Shown here piece by piece: positions 1 to 9,248 of a stretch of DNA of 47,531 bases. The translations under genes were made by a program, and so were the position numbers. Numbering within the stretch: position 1 is the first letter of the stretch; every line of letters begins with the position of its first letter. The notes below the pieces were generated by a model that saw only the letters and a program-made list of their open reading frames with translations, was not told the DNA's origin and did no database searches. The stretch is from Planctomycetota bacterium (GTDB lineage Bacteria > Planctomycetota > UBA1135): positions 1-47,531 of the forward strand of contig JASFYO010000001.1 in NCBI GenBank assembly GCA_045047305.1, given 5' to 3'.

Positions 1-1
1 C

Positions 2-298
2 CTGGCACCGGCAAATCTCACTCTGCAGCTGGTGGAGTGGAACCCACGGTTAGCGAAAGACCAGCAGGAGTTCTCAGATTGGTGGGACCAGACCTCCAAA
101 GTCCTCCATGCACTCAGCCGCAACCGCCCCACCGAGATCCACGGCCTGTTTCCAGGGAGCTATGGGGTCGCCCTTTTCTACCATCCGGACCGCCTCGACC
201 CCATCACTGGGTTACGGCCCGAGGCCTATGAACTCCGTCGCTGGAGCTTAGATACCAGCGAGACGGTGCATGAGCTCCAAGTATCGATTCCGCGCTGA
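2..298 (+). CDS. Hypothetical protein, 3' part (runs in from the window edge)
   Basis: Frame is open from position 2 (LAPANLTLQLVEWNPR...) to TGA at 296-298, 14 nt before lepB; no recognisable motif. Confidence 0.6.
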   Translation: MAPANLTLQLVEWNPRLAKDQQEFSDWWDQTSKVLHALSRNRPTEIHGLFPGSYGVALFYHPDRLDPITGLRPEAYELRRWSLDTSETVHELQVSIPR

Positions 299-312
299 TA
301 GAATCTGCGGCG

Positions 313-1731
313 ATGGCCAAAGCCAAAAAGGAGAAGAAGGAGAAGTCGAAGCACCCATTTCGCGACAACATCGAAGTCGTGGTTTTTGCCATAGTGATGG
401 CGATGGGGCTGAAAGTCTTTGCTGTTGAGGCGTACCAGATCCCAACCGGGTCGATGCAGCCAACCCTGATGGGCACTCCTCTGCTCGACCCGGTCAGTAA
501 GACTACCAATGGCGGATTGCATGACCGCGTTTTGGTGGACAAGATTAGCTACTGGTTCCGCGACCCTGTGCGCTGGGAAGTCGTTGTCTTTCGCTACCCG
601 CTTTTGGCTCACAACAACTACGTCAAGCGTTTGGTTGGCATGCCAGGCGAAGAGCTTTGGATTGAGGCTGGCGACATTTACACGCGCCCATTTGATAGTG
701 ATGATGAGTGGACGATTGCGCGTAAACCGTGGAAAGTGCAAAAGCATATTTGGAAGCACGTTTTGCCGAGCATCGGTGACGACGAAACCAAATGGCCTAG
801 TTGGCGCCCGACTGGGAATGTGCGCCATGACCAAGATGGCACTATGAATTTCCTCGGCAAGGCCACTTTGGAATACGGCGGCAGCATTCGTGATAATTAC
901 CTTCACGGCTATCCAAGTGAAATCTACTTCCGTCTGCCACAGACCGCATCGCGCTCGAGTAAAAAGGTAAGCGACCTGCGCTTAAAGTTTCCGCTCACGT
1001 CGGATAACGCCAAGGGTGACTTTCGTGCAGAAATGGAACTCGGGGTTTTTGATCTAGCCATGGAAGTGCAGCCCGACGGCAGCTACACCTTGGAACTCCC
1101 AGACGGGACTCGCTTCGAAGACCAAGCGGATTTCGCCTCTGGGGTCGACGTCGACCTGGCTTTTTGGGACCACACCGTCCGCCTTGCTTTGAACGGAACG
1201 GAAGTGCTTTACCGCGAGTTGGATTTGAAGGCGGCAAAAATCAATCGCAATGGTTTGAGCTTCCATGCGGAAGACGCGGGCTGGAAACTTGGCCCCGCAA
1301 CCGCCGAGCGCGACATCCACTACCTTTCGCCACGTGGAAACACTGCGCCACTGTTTCAAATCCCGGAAGGCAACTACTTCATGATGGGTGATAACACGCA
1401 GAACTCCTTGGATAGTCGTGATTGGGTTTCCGAAACTTTGGAATTCGACCCTCCTATGCATGGAGTCACCAAGTTGCGCGGCGACCGCATGACCGGCGGT
1501 GCCGACAAGATGTTCAACAACCCACGTTGGAATCATGACCGCACGGTCATGACTTTCCGCGATGAGTTCGGTGGGCTTTATACTTTCACCGACGAAGAGC
1601 TGAAAAGCGCCAAACACCTTATTCATCCAGCCGGTTTGGTGCCCCGCAATTACATCTTAGGACGTGCCATCTCCGTCTTTCTGCCGGTGCCCCCATTCGC
1701 ACCCGTAGTCCGCATGGGACTGGTGCACTAG
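313..1731 (+). CDS. lepB: Signal peptidase I, long form with large central insertion
   Basis: N-terminal TM; catalytic Ser box IPTGSMQPTL, Lys box NYVKRLVG, C-terminal GDNTQNSLDSR box. Confidence 0.93.
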   Translation: MAKAKKEKKEKSKHPFRDNIEVVVFAIVMAMGLKVFAVEAYQIPTGSMQPTLMGTPLLDPVSKTTNGGLHDRVLVDKISYWFRDPVRWEVVVFRYPLLAHNNYVKRLVGMPGEELWIEAGDIYTRPFDSDDEWTIARKPWKVQKHIWKHVLPSIGDDETKWPSWRPTGNVRHDQDGTMNFLGKATLEYGGSIRDNYLHGYPSEIYFRLPQTASRSSKKVSDLRLKFPLTSDNAKGDFRAEMELGVFDLAMEVQPDGSYTLELPDGTRFEDQADFASGVDVDLAFWDHTVRLALNGTEVLYRELDLKAAKINRNGLSFHAEDAGWKLGPATAERDIHYLSPRGNTAPLFQIPEGNYFMMGDNTQNSLDSRDWVSETLEFDPPMHGVTKLRGDRMTGGADKMFNNPRWNHDRTVMTFRDEFGGLYTFTDEELKSAKHLIHPAGLVPRNYILGRAISVFLPVPPFAPVVRMGLVH

Positions 1732-1733
1732 AC

Positions 1734-2462
1734 ATGACTGCGCTTCTTTCCACCCAGGGACTATGCAAGTCCTACAAAGGCCGCAAAGTTGTCGATCAAG
1801 TCGCACTCGAAGTCGGTGCTGGCGAAATCGTAGGACTGTTGGGCCCTAACGGTGCTGGGAAGACCACGACCTTCCGCATGTGCATGGGCATGATTCCTCC
1901 TGATGAAGGAATGATTCATTTCCACGGCCAGGATGTAACCAAACTACCGATCCACCGCCGTGCGCGGCTGGGCCTTGGTTATCTGGCGCAAGAACCATCG
2001 GTTTTCCGCAAGCTCACCGTAGAGGATAACTTGCTTGCGGTGTTGGAACTCCAAGGCGGTAGCAGCGGTGCGCGGAAAGAGCGGTGCGCGGAGCTGCTTG
2101 AGGAATTTGGCCTCTCCCAGCTGTATAAATCACGCGGGGAAGTGCTTTCCGGAGGAGAACGTAGGCGCCTTGAAATCGCGCGTGCCTTAGCCTCTCGCCC
2201 CACCTTGATTCTGTTGGATGAGCCATTCAGCGGCGTGGACCCGATTGCTGTAGAAGAAATCCAAGAAATTCTGTCGGGCTTGAAAGAGCGTGGGATTGCG
2301 ATTCTCCTGACTGATCACAACGTACGCGAGACCCTGCACATCACCGACCGGGCTTACATCCTTGCACAAGGAAAGGTCCTGGCCGAAGGTGCGGCGCAGG
2401 ACCTTGTTTCGGATCCCCAAGTACGTGAGGTGTACTTAGGGAAACGATTCGAGTTGGGTTAA
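1734..2462 (+). CDS. lptB: LPS export ABC transporter ATP-binding protein
   Basis: Walker A GPNGAGKTT, YLAQEPSVFRKLTVEDN, LSGGERRRLEIARAL, LLDEPFSGVDP, TDHNVRETL, VREVYLG. Confidence 0.95.
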   Translation: MTALLSTQGLCKSYKGRKVVDQVALEVGAGEIVGLLGPNGAGKTTTFRMCMGMIPPDEGMIHFHGQDVTKLPIHRRARLGLGYLAQEPSVFRKLTVEDNLLAVLELQGGSSGARKERCAELLEEFGLSQLYKSRGEVLSGGERRRLEIARALASRPTLILLDEPFSGVDPIAVEEIQEILSGLKERGIAILLTDHNVRETLHITDRAYILAQGKVLAEGAAQDLVSDPQVREVYLGKRFELG

Positions 2463-5400
2463 CGTCTTCGCCTACGCGGTACCCGAGTTTTCTTGCCGCG
2501 CTTGTTGCGCGACTTCTTAACTTTGGATTTATTACCGCCGCGAGACTTGCGAGCTTTGGAATTCCTCCCGCCGCGTGCCTTACGGGCCTTCGAGTTCTTG
2601 CCACCGCGAGACCTCTTAGCCTTCGACTTCCTGCCTCCGCGTTTCTTGTTGGCCTTGGATTTTTTGCCGCGACTCTTCTTCTTGGCCTTAGATTTGGACT
2701 TCCACGGCTTCGATTTCTTTGCTACGGCCTTCTTCTTAGCCGGTGCTTTCTTGCGGATTACCTTTTTCGGTGCCGCGGCAACCGAAATCGGCTGGCTTGC
2801 AACGTTGCCAGCATTCAAATCGGTGATTTGATTACGGCCCACGCTAACTTCGCCAGGGTCAACGATTTGAGTGGTGGTCAGACCACTCTGCGGAGGATTC
2901 GTATTTCCACCCGAGCCACCGCTGGAACCACTGCCTGGGGCATCTGGACCAGAAGCTGCTGGTGCACCGCGAATCACAATCACCTCGTAGCTGTTCTCGA
3001 TCATGTCATTCACCGACACGGTCACCTTGTCATTGCCAATGGCGCTCGTCCAGCTGGTGTAAGGGTATTCGCTTGAACCGAACTCTGGAATCGAAACCAA
3101 CGTAGCTCCTTCTCCAGCACGGAAGTTGATGCGGTCAGCCTTCTGCACTTGACGCTCGATACTCTGCGGCACGAAACCTAGAGAATCAACATCCACCACA
3201 TAAGGAAGGCGCTTAGTCTGATCCTGGTGATTGGGGTGATCGGTACGATCCTGCAGATTCATCGAACTTACTACCAAAACGACTAACTCCTCCGTGGCAG
3301 AACGTCCGGCCATGACGGTGAAGTCTTTAATCGGGTTAGTTTCGTCACCAAGCTTGCCTTCGTGGAATGGACCTTCCACATTCAAACGCTTGGAGGCCTC
3401 TTGATAAAGGGTCTTGCCGTAAACTTCCCATGCCAAACCGGAGTGCCCAGCTAGGTTCTCGAGCTGACCAGTTGCAGGATTGATCCCGGCGCGCCACATA
3501 TTGCGCGGGCCGAAGAACTGCGCCCCACCCAATTCAACCTTCAGATCAGCACCATCATGACGCTTTGCCTCTCCAGCACTTACTTGATTCATATAGAACA
3601 AAGTGTTCATGATGAAAGGCATGGACGCGTAGCTGAATGCATAGCTTTCGATGCTGCGATTCCATTCGGTGACCCAGATTTTTGGCCATTCCGTCTGCAT
3701 GCCTGGCCCGGTTTTTAAGATGTTACGATTTTCCTCCATATCACGGAATAGATCATCGTAGTACTCCATCTTCTCCATGAACTCCATCGGATCATTGCCA
3801 TAGAAGTGCCCTACGACACCTCCTAACCGAGTTTTCTGTGGGTTGAGTGGATCAAAAGCAGCGTCCAAAGTGTTGAGGAACTCTTCCGAGAATCCGCCGA
3901 CCAAGCCTGGCGCAATCGGGGTGAGCATAGTGAGCTCATCGGCAAGGCCGTCGCCGTTTTGGTCTAACTCCCTATCGAGTGCGGCTAATACCTGAATGTG
4001 CATGTCCGCGAATTCCGCCGCCGTCCCAGTAAAGGAATCAAGGTGCGGCTCGTTCCACAACTCTACATAGCGGATGGGGTTGTTGGGCAAAGCGCGTCCC
4101 CAACCTTGGTTGTAGTGCTTCATGACACCGGCAACTGCTGCGGCAAACCCTTCAATGTTATTTGGCGTTTCGTGAAAGCCATCCATCCACTCATTGGTGT
4201 CGGGATTGATTGCCTTATCGTGACCAATGCGCCAGATGGTGTCATGATCAGGCATGTTCTCTACCGCATCCATGCGCTCATCCATCTGGTGGAAAGAGTA
4301 GTTGTCAATGTTGGCCATTTCCGCAAGCGGCAAGTTGTAGTTCCGCTTAAAGTTACCTGGATCGATTTGCTCTACGTTCCATAAGTAATTCATATCGCCA
4401 ACGCCTTCCGCAGATAAGCGTGCGTTCGGTATTTTCAAATCGATGTATCGCTTAGTAAAGTCGCCATCAAAATTGGTCATGTAAAAGCGCGTCAAATCGA
4501 AACGCTTGGACCATTTCCCTTTATGTAATGGACCATGAGTCACACCGTGAACTGGAGCAAAGTCGGTTCCGTTTGGCGTTGCATTCACCGCAATGCGATA
4601 CGGGAAAGAGTGCAACGGACGCATGATGCGCACCGTGGAAAATCCGGGACGCGGGTCGAAGTCTGCGATCATGACGTCGCGTGAACCATCGCCATCGACG
4701 TCACCAGCGCTGGCGAGAGCCATGCCGAAGTGGTTGTCTAGGCGACCACCAGTCAAGGTGTCGAGGGTGGCGCCGTCCGCACCGGAGAAGATGTAAACCT
4801 TTCCAGGGCCACCTTCTAAGCCAGGAGCCGAAACTGCAAAGTCTGGGATGAGGTCGCCGTCGGCATCGCCCATTCCGGTGACATCCAGGCCGAGCCCATC
4901 CAGTGAAGTGGTTCCCGCGAAGCTAAGGATGAGGTTGCCGTCGACATCGTAAACCGTGGCGGTGCCGGTACCGGTTCCATTCGCGTCCAATGCCGGAGCA
5001 CCAATCACAAACTCATCGACGCCATCGTTGCCACGCAAATCCCCCACCGACGCAACCGAAATACCGAACTGGCCAGCCATGTTCTGGGTGGTGGTATCTT
5101 CAATCACCAAAATGGACTGCAAATCGTAGCCCGCAGTGAGTGGGTCATCGCGCAACAGTTGAACCGTGCCGCTCGATGCCATTTGGGTTGGAGTTTGAGT
5201 CATGCGCGGTGCACCAACTAACAAGTAGTCCGCCGAACTCCCGGATGCGATGCGATCCAAATCTGCACCGAACCAGTTCTCCCCCACACCCGTCATGCGC
5301 GCAAGAGAAGTAATCTGCACGCTTTGGTCAAGCAAAGTACGCAGCTCATACATCTCCACCGAGCCGGTGTGATTGAAGCCATCGTCGGTAAACGAAGGGT

Positions 5401-5941
5401 CGCCGACTGCAAGCTCGATGACGCCGTCGCCGTTCAAATCGACCGTGGTCAAAGACTTTGCGTAATCGACTCCAACCAGAGTGGAATCCGGAATGATGGT
5501 GCCGAGTACCGCACCATCCAATCCCGAATATAAATTTACATATTGCCCTGCACTAGCACTCACCGCGAAGTCGGCATAGCCATCTCCGTTGATGTCGCCC
5601 AAAGTGCATATGCCGGAACCGAGTCCATCGCCAGGGTTTCCCTCGACACGGAATAGTTCGATGGCTTCTGGGGCGCCTTTCATAGCGACCTTTCCAGAAA
5701 TTATAAAGGCCGAACCCGCATCGGAGTTCGCGCCTGGAATACCTATCAGGTAATCATTTGCGCCATCATGGTTGATATCTCCGGCATTGGAGACCCGGTT
5801 CATTTTGAAATGAAAACCGGAATGATCGAGCCTTGTTACGTTTAGAAACTCTTGGACACCCGTATATTGATTTTGCGCGGGGCTCTGAGCTGCTAGAGGG
5901 GACGCCACCAAAAACGGGGCGAGGATGAGGATTTTCTTCAT
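2459..5941 (-). CDS. Secreted protein: FG-GAP beta-propeller + clan GH-A (GH39-like) glycoside hydrolase domain + Gly/Ser linker + Lys/Arg-rich tail
   Basis: Start moved to ATG 5941 (signal peptide MKKILILAPFLVASPLAAQ); about 7 FG-GAP repeats (GDINHDG, GDINGDG, DLNGDG, GDADGD, GDVDGDG); YVELWNEP and IWVTEWN catalytic Glu motifs; stop overlaps the lptB stop in TTAA. Confidence 0.8.
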   Translation of the reverse strand: MKKILILAPFLVASPLAAQSPAQNQYTGVQEFLNVTRLDHSGFHFKMNRVSNAGDINHDGANDYLIGIPGANSDAGSAFIISGKVAMKGAPEAIELFRVEGNPGDGLGSGICTLGDINGDGYADFAVSASAGQYVNLYSGLDGAVLGTIIPDSTLVGVDYAKSLTTVDLNGDGVIELAVGDPSFTDDGFNHTGSVEMYELRTLLDQSVQITSLARMTGVGENWFGADLDRIASGSSADYLLVGAPRMTQTPTQMASSGTVQLLRDDPLTAGYDLQSILVIEDTTTQNMAGQFGISVASVGDLRGNDGVDEFVIGAPALDANGTGTGTATVYDVDGNLILSFAGTTSLDGLGLDVTGMGDADGDLIPDFAVSAPGLEGGPGKVYIFSGADGATLDTLTGGRLDNHFGMALASAGDVDGDGSRDVMIADFDPRPGFSTVRIMRPLHSFPYRIAVNATPNGTDFAPVHGVTHGPLHKGKWSKRFDLTRFYMTNFDGDFTKRYIDLKIPNARLSAEGVGDMNYLWNVEQIDPGNFKRNYNLPLAEMANIDNYSFHQMDERMDAVENMPDHDTIWRIGHDKAINPDTNEWMDGFHETPNNIEGFAAAVAGVMKHYNQGWGRALPNNPIRYVELWNEPHLDSFTGTAAEFADMHIQVLAALDRELDQNGDGLADELTMLTPIAPGLVGGFSEEFLNTLDAAFDPLNPQKTRLGGVVGHFYGNDPMEFMEKMEYYDDLFRDMEENRNILKTGPGMQTEWPKIWVTEWNRSIESYAFSYASMPFIMNTLFYMNQVSAGEAKRHDGADLKVELGGAQFFGPRNMWRAGINPATGQLENLAGHSGLAWEVYGKTLYQEASKRLNVEGPFHEGKLGDETNPIKDFTVMAGRSATEELVVLVVSSMNLQDRTDHPNHQDQTKRLPYVVDVDSLGFVPQSIERQVQKADRINFRAGEGATLVSIPEFGSSEYPYTSWTSAIGNDKVTVSVNDMIENSYEVIVIRGAPAASGPDAPGSGSSGGSGGNTNPPQSGLTTTQIVDPGEVSVGRNQITDLNAGNVASQPISVAAAPKKVIRKKAPAKKKAVAKKSKPWKSKSKAKKKSRGKKSKANKKRGGRKSKAKRSRGGKNSKARKARGGRNSKARKSRGGNKSKVKKSRNKRGKKTRVPRRRRR

Positions 5942-6113
5942 TTGCAAAGGAATGCGAAGCGACCGCTGATTGCAGTCAACAGGGCAATAGCGGATTGCGA
6001 AATCCTGTCTTGACTGTTTTTGTCCCCAAGACATGGGCTAGGAAATATAATTCCTCTTATGTTGTAGGATTCCTGGCCGGGGTGCTGAAAATCCCCTCAT
6101 ATCTCAATAGGAC

Positions 6114-6122
6114 TGCTACAAT
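6114..6122 (+). promoter_or_regulatory. Putative extended -10 promoter of etfBA
   Basis: TGcTACAAT 30 nt upstream of the etfB TTG start in a divergent intergenic region. Confidence 0.4.
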
Positions 6123-6152
6123 AATGCCCAAATTCCAGTTCCGGAGACAGAA

Positions 6153-6902
6153 TTGAACATCATTACTTTTGTGAAACGCGTCCCTGCAACCACCACCAAT
6201 GTGGTCGTTACGGACAACCAGCTTGACCCTACGGGAGTCGAGTTTGTCCTCAATCCTTACGACGAATACGCCGTCGAAGAAGCTCTGCAACTTAAGGAGA
6301 AGGCGGGTGACGGTTCTGTCACCGTGATGACTCTCGGTGCGGCCGACTCGCAAAAGGAGTTGCGCACCACCCTCGCTATGGGTGCCGATGCTGCAGTTCT
6401 TCTGACCAACGACGAAGCTCCAAGCGCAGATGCTGCGACCACCGCACGCGCACTTGCTGCTGCATGCGAAGGGCGCGAGTTCGATTTACTGTTGTTCGGC
6501 AAGCAAGCTGTCGACCGTGACCAACATGGAGTTGGACCTGGCGTGGCAACTCGCCTTGGTATTCCTTGCATCACCGAAGTGGTGAAGCTGGAAATCACCG
6601 ATGGCAAAGTCGTTGCTGAACGCGAAGTCGAAGGTGGTCGCGAAACCATCGAAACCACTCTGCCTTGTGCCATCACTTGCACCAAGGGCTTGAATGAGCC
6701 ACGTTTTGCAAGCCTCAAAGGCATCATGCAAGCAAAGAAGAAGCCCATGGACATCGTTGAGGTGGACCTTGGCTCCCCTGCCATCGAAGTGATCTCGATG
6801 GAAATGCCACCCGCACGCCCAGCTGGCCGCATCGTCGGCGAAGGCGCTGCTGCGGTTCCTGAATTGATTCGCGCACTTCGCGAAGAAGCCAAAGTTCTAT
6901 AA
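6153..6902 (+). CDS. etfB: Electron transfer flavoprotein beta subunit
   Basis: KRVP...LNPYDEYAVEEAL, GKQAVD, LNEPRFASLKGIMQAKKKP; TTG start. Confidence 0.95.
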   Translation: MNIITFVKRVPATTTNVVVTDNQLDPTGVEFVLNPYDEYAVEEALQLKEKAGDGSVTVMTLGAADSQKELRTTLAMGADAAVLLTNDEAPSADAATTARALAAACEGREFDLLLFGKQAVDRDQHGVGPGVATRLGIPCITEVVKLEITDGKVVAEREVEGGRETIETTLPCAITCTKGLNEPRFASLKGIMQAKKKPMDIVEVDLGSPAIEVISMEMPPARPAGRIVGEGAAAVPELIRALREEAKVL

Positions 6903-6916
6903 GGGAGGATTTAGAA

Positions 6917-7864
6917 ATGAGCAACATTCTTGTCGTTCTTGAGACCCGTGAAGGTTCTCTCCGTCCCGCTTGCCTCGAAGCCGTTGGTGCTGCACGCACT
7001 TTGGCCGATGCCCGCGGATCCAAGGTTTTCGCATTTGCTCCTGAGCAGTGTGAAATCGATGCCGCCCTACTTGGTGCCGCTGGCGCCGACGAGGTCTTGG
7101 TTTCCGACACCGCCTCCCACTCCGCCGATGGTGCTGCATCCGCTGCTGCAAAGCTAGCCGGCGAAAAGGATTGCGATGTCGTCCTCCTTTCCGCCACCGT
7201 CCGTGGCCGCGACGTAACCCCACGTATCGCTGCTCTTCTCGACACTGGCTTCGCTGCCGATTGTGTTGCTATGGACCCAAGCTCCATGATCTTCACCCGC
7301 CCGGTTTACGCCGGTAAGGCTCTGTTGCAGGTCAAGGTTGCCGGCTCCATCACGGTGGCAAGTCTGCGCCCAAACTTCTTCGCACCTGCTGGTCGTGAAG
7401 CTAACGCGGAAGTTTCTTCTGTCGCTGGCGAGACTGGCAAAGGCCAAGTCACTGCTATCAGCGCTGCAGCTGGCGGACGGCCTGATGTCGCCGAAGCCAA
7501 CCGCGTGGTTGCTGGTGGTCGCGGTTTAGGTTCCGCCGAAAACTGGACCCTGATTGAAGCCGTCGCCGATGCGCTTCCAGGTTCTGCGCTTGGCGCTTCG
7601 CGTGCTGTGGTCGATGCCGGATGGCGTCCGCACAGTGAGCAAGTTGGCCAAACCGGCAAGACCGTAGCACCAGACCTGTACATTGCGGCTGGCATCAGTG
7701 GCGCGATTCAGCATCTAGCGGGCATGAACGGATCTAAGGTGATTGTTGCCATCAACAAAGATGCGGCTGCTCCGATTTTCCAACACGCTTCTTACGGCAT
7801 CGTTGGGGATGTGAATGAAATCCTTCCAGTCTTGGCTGAAGAGCTCAACAAGATCGAGCAGTAA
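6917..7864 (+). CDS. etfA: Electron transfer flavoprotein alpha subunit
   Basis: VVAGGRGLG, GASRAVVDAGW, QVGQTGKTVAPDLYIAAGISGAIQHLAGM; GGAGG SD. Confidence 0.96.
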   Translation: MSNILVVLETREGSLRPACLEAVGAARTLADARGSKVFAFAPEQCEIDAALLGAAGADEVLVSDTASHSADGAASAAAKLAGEKDCDVVLLSATVRGRDVTPRIAALLDTGFAADCVAMDPSSMIFTRPVYAGKALLQVKVAGSITVASLRPNFFAPAGREANAEVSSVAGETGKGQVTAISAAAGGRPDVAEANRVVAGGRGLGSAENWTLIEAVADALPGSALGASRAVVDAGWRPHSEQVGQTGKTVAPDLYIAAGISGAIQHLAGMNGSKVIVAINKDAAAPIFQHASYGIVGDVNEILPVLAEELNKIEQ

Positions 7865-7867
7865 ACG

Positions 7868-8599
7868 CTAAATAGGTTCGCGGTCGCTTCTGCTACCGGG
7901 TCCTTCAAAACGGGCTTCTTCTCGCTGCAACTCGCGGCGGAAGGAAGCCCGTTTTCGATTTGGGATTAAGCTCCACCACTTTTCCAGATGTACCTCTTCT
8001 CCGTACCCTACTGCAAATGCGGATTGAGAGGCTTCGGTGGTGTGATTGAGGATCGGAGTCCAAAAACGAAGCAAATCAAAGCCGCGCTTGGGGTTGGGGA
8101 TTCTGCCAGCTGGGTAGGTGATGCTTTTGCTGGTATCCAACCATGCGATATCCTGGTCCCCTACTGCGATCATCACATTGCGCGCGCTGCAGCCTCGATG
8201 CCAAAATCCAGAGTCGTGCATTTTTCGGATGCTTTCCCCGATACTCCGCCAGCATTCCAAAGAAGGGTTTGCACCCTGTTTCAGCCGCTGCGCCAAATCC
8301 TCCCCCGGATAGAAGCGGGTAGTCAAACTGCATGCGGTGACAAAGCCAAAGGCATTACGCTGACAGTTCCAGCTAATCGCCTGGACTACTGGAATGTTTG
8401 CTAGCTCCAGAAAACGCAGCCCTTGATATTCCCGATGTGCCTTATTCCATCCGCAAAGAGTGCCGCGAAACATGCCACGGAAACGATCTCTCCTAGTTGG
8501 AAAGGAGTAAGTCTTGCGCACCACTTCGCGCGCATCTTCCAATGGCAATTTCTCCACCAAAACGGTGCGACTTCGTGCAAGAACTTGGCGTTGGTTCAT
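7868..8599 (-). CDS. Lipopolysaccharide kinase (Kdo/WaaP/InaA) family protein
   Basis: KAHREY, IRKMHDSGFWHRGCSARNVMI...WLD kinase-like core; ATG 8599 overlaps the upstream stop (ATGA). Confidence 0.7.
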   Translation of the reverse strand: MNQRQVLARSRTVLVEKLPLEDAREVVRKTYSFPTRRDRFRGMFRGTLCGWNKAHREYQGLRFLELANIPVVQAISWNCQRNAFGFVTACSLTTRFYPGEDLAQRLKQGANPSLECWRSIGESIRKMHDSGFWHRGCSARNVMIAVGDQDIAWLDTSKSITYPAGRIPNPKRGFDLLRFWTPILNHTTEASQSAFAVGYGEEVHLEKWWSLIPNRKRASFRRELQREEARFEGPGSRSDREPI

Positions 8600-9240
8600 C
8601 GCTCCAACAAAACCCAAACTTGTTCACTCACTCCACGCGCGATGTACACCCGTTTCCGTTCGCGTAATCCAGCGGCGTGAATTTCAGCGGCAAAGCTTTG
8701 CTGACTGATGGGGAAACGTCCGCGAAACTTGCCACGCAGCTTGTTACGCCAAGCCTGAAAGTTGGCGGAATCAAAATAGCTAATTATGACCCAGCGTTTA
8801 CTGACCCGCGCCAGCTGCTGCAGGACAGCGGCGCGTTGCTTGGTGTGCTCGAAATGATGGAGTAAACGCGAACACAGGATCACGTCTACGCTTTCGTCGG
8901 TAAGTGGAATCGCATGCGCCGACATTTGCATGCCGGTGGTCGGCGGTGCCTGCGCCAACATCTCGCGCGATGCATCTCCACTCCAAACATCCTTGCAGTT
9001 GCGTTGCAGCATGGCGCGGAAGCGTCCAGTACCGCAGGGTAAATCCAAAATACGCTGCAGCCCTTCCTTGCCCTCCATCTGTGCGACGGCATAGTGCAAA
9101 AACGATTCCACAATCGCTTGCTCCTTTGCATCGGTGCGGCGTGCGCGTGGCGAACGGGTCCAGCGGTTCTCGTGATAATGCTGGGCACGATCTTCTGACT
9201 CGTACTCCTGACGCAATTCTTCCGGGCGAGAATCAATCAT
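8596..9240 (-). CDS. Class I SAM-dependent methyltransferase
   Basis: ILDLPCGTGR motif I, GDASREML, SVDVILCSRLLHH. Confidence 0.88.
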   Translation of the reverse strand: MIDSRPEELRQEYESEDRAQHYHENRWTRSPRARRTDAKEQAIVESFLHYAVAQMEGKEGLQRILDLPCGTGRFRAMLQRNCKDVWSGDASREMLAQAPPTTGMQMSAHAIPLTDESVDVILCSRLLHHFEHTKQRAAVLQQLARVSKRWVIISYFDSANFQAWRNKLRGKFRGRFPISQQSFAAEIHAAGLRERKRVYIARGVSEQVWVLLER

Positions 9241-9248
9241 CACTTGGC

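Noticed and set aside
5942..6034. ORF-track N-terminal extension MSWGQKQ... of the FG-GAP/GH protein
   Set aside because: A typical signal peptide begins at ATG 5941; the extension is probably promoter/UTR
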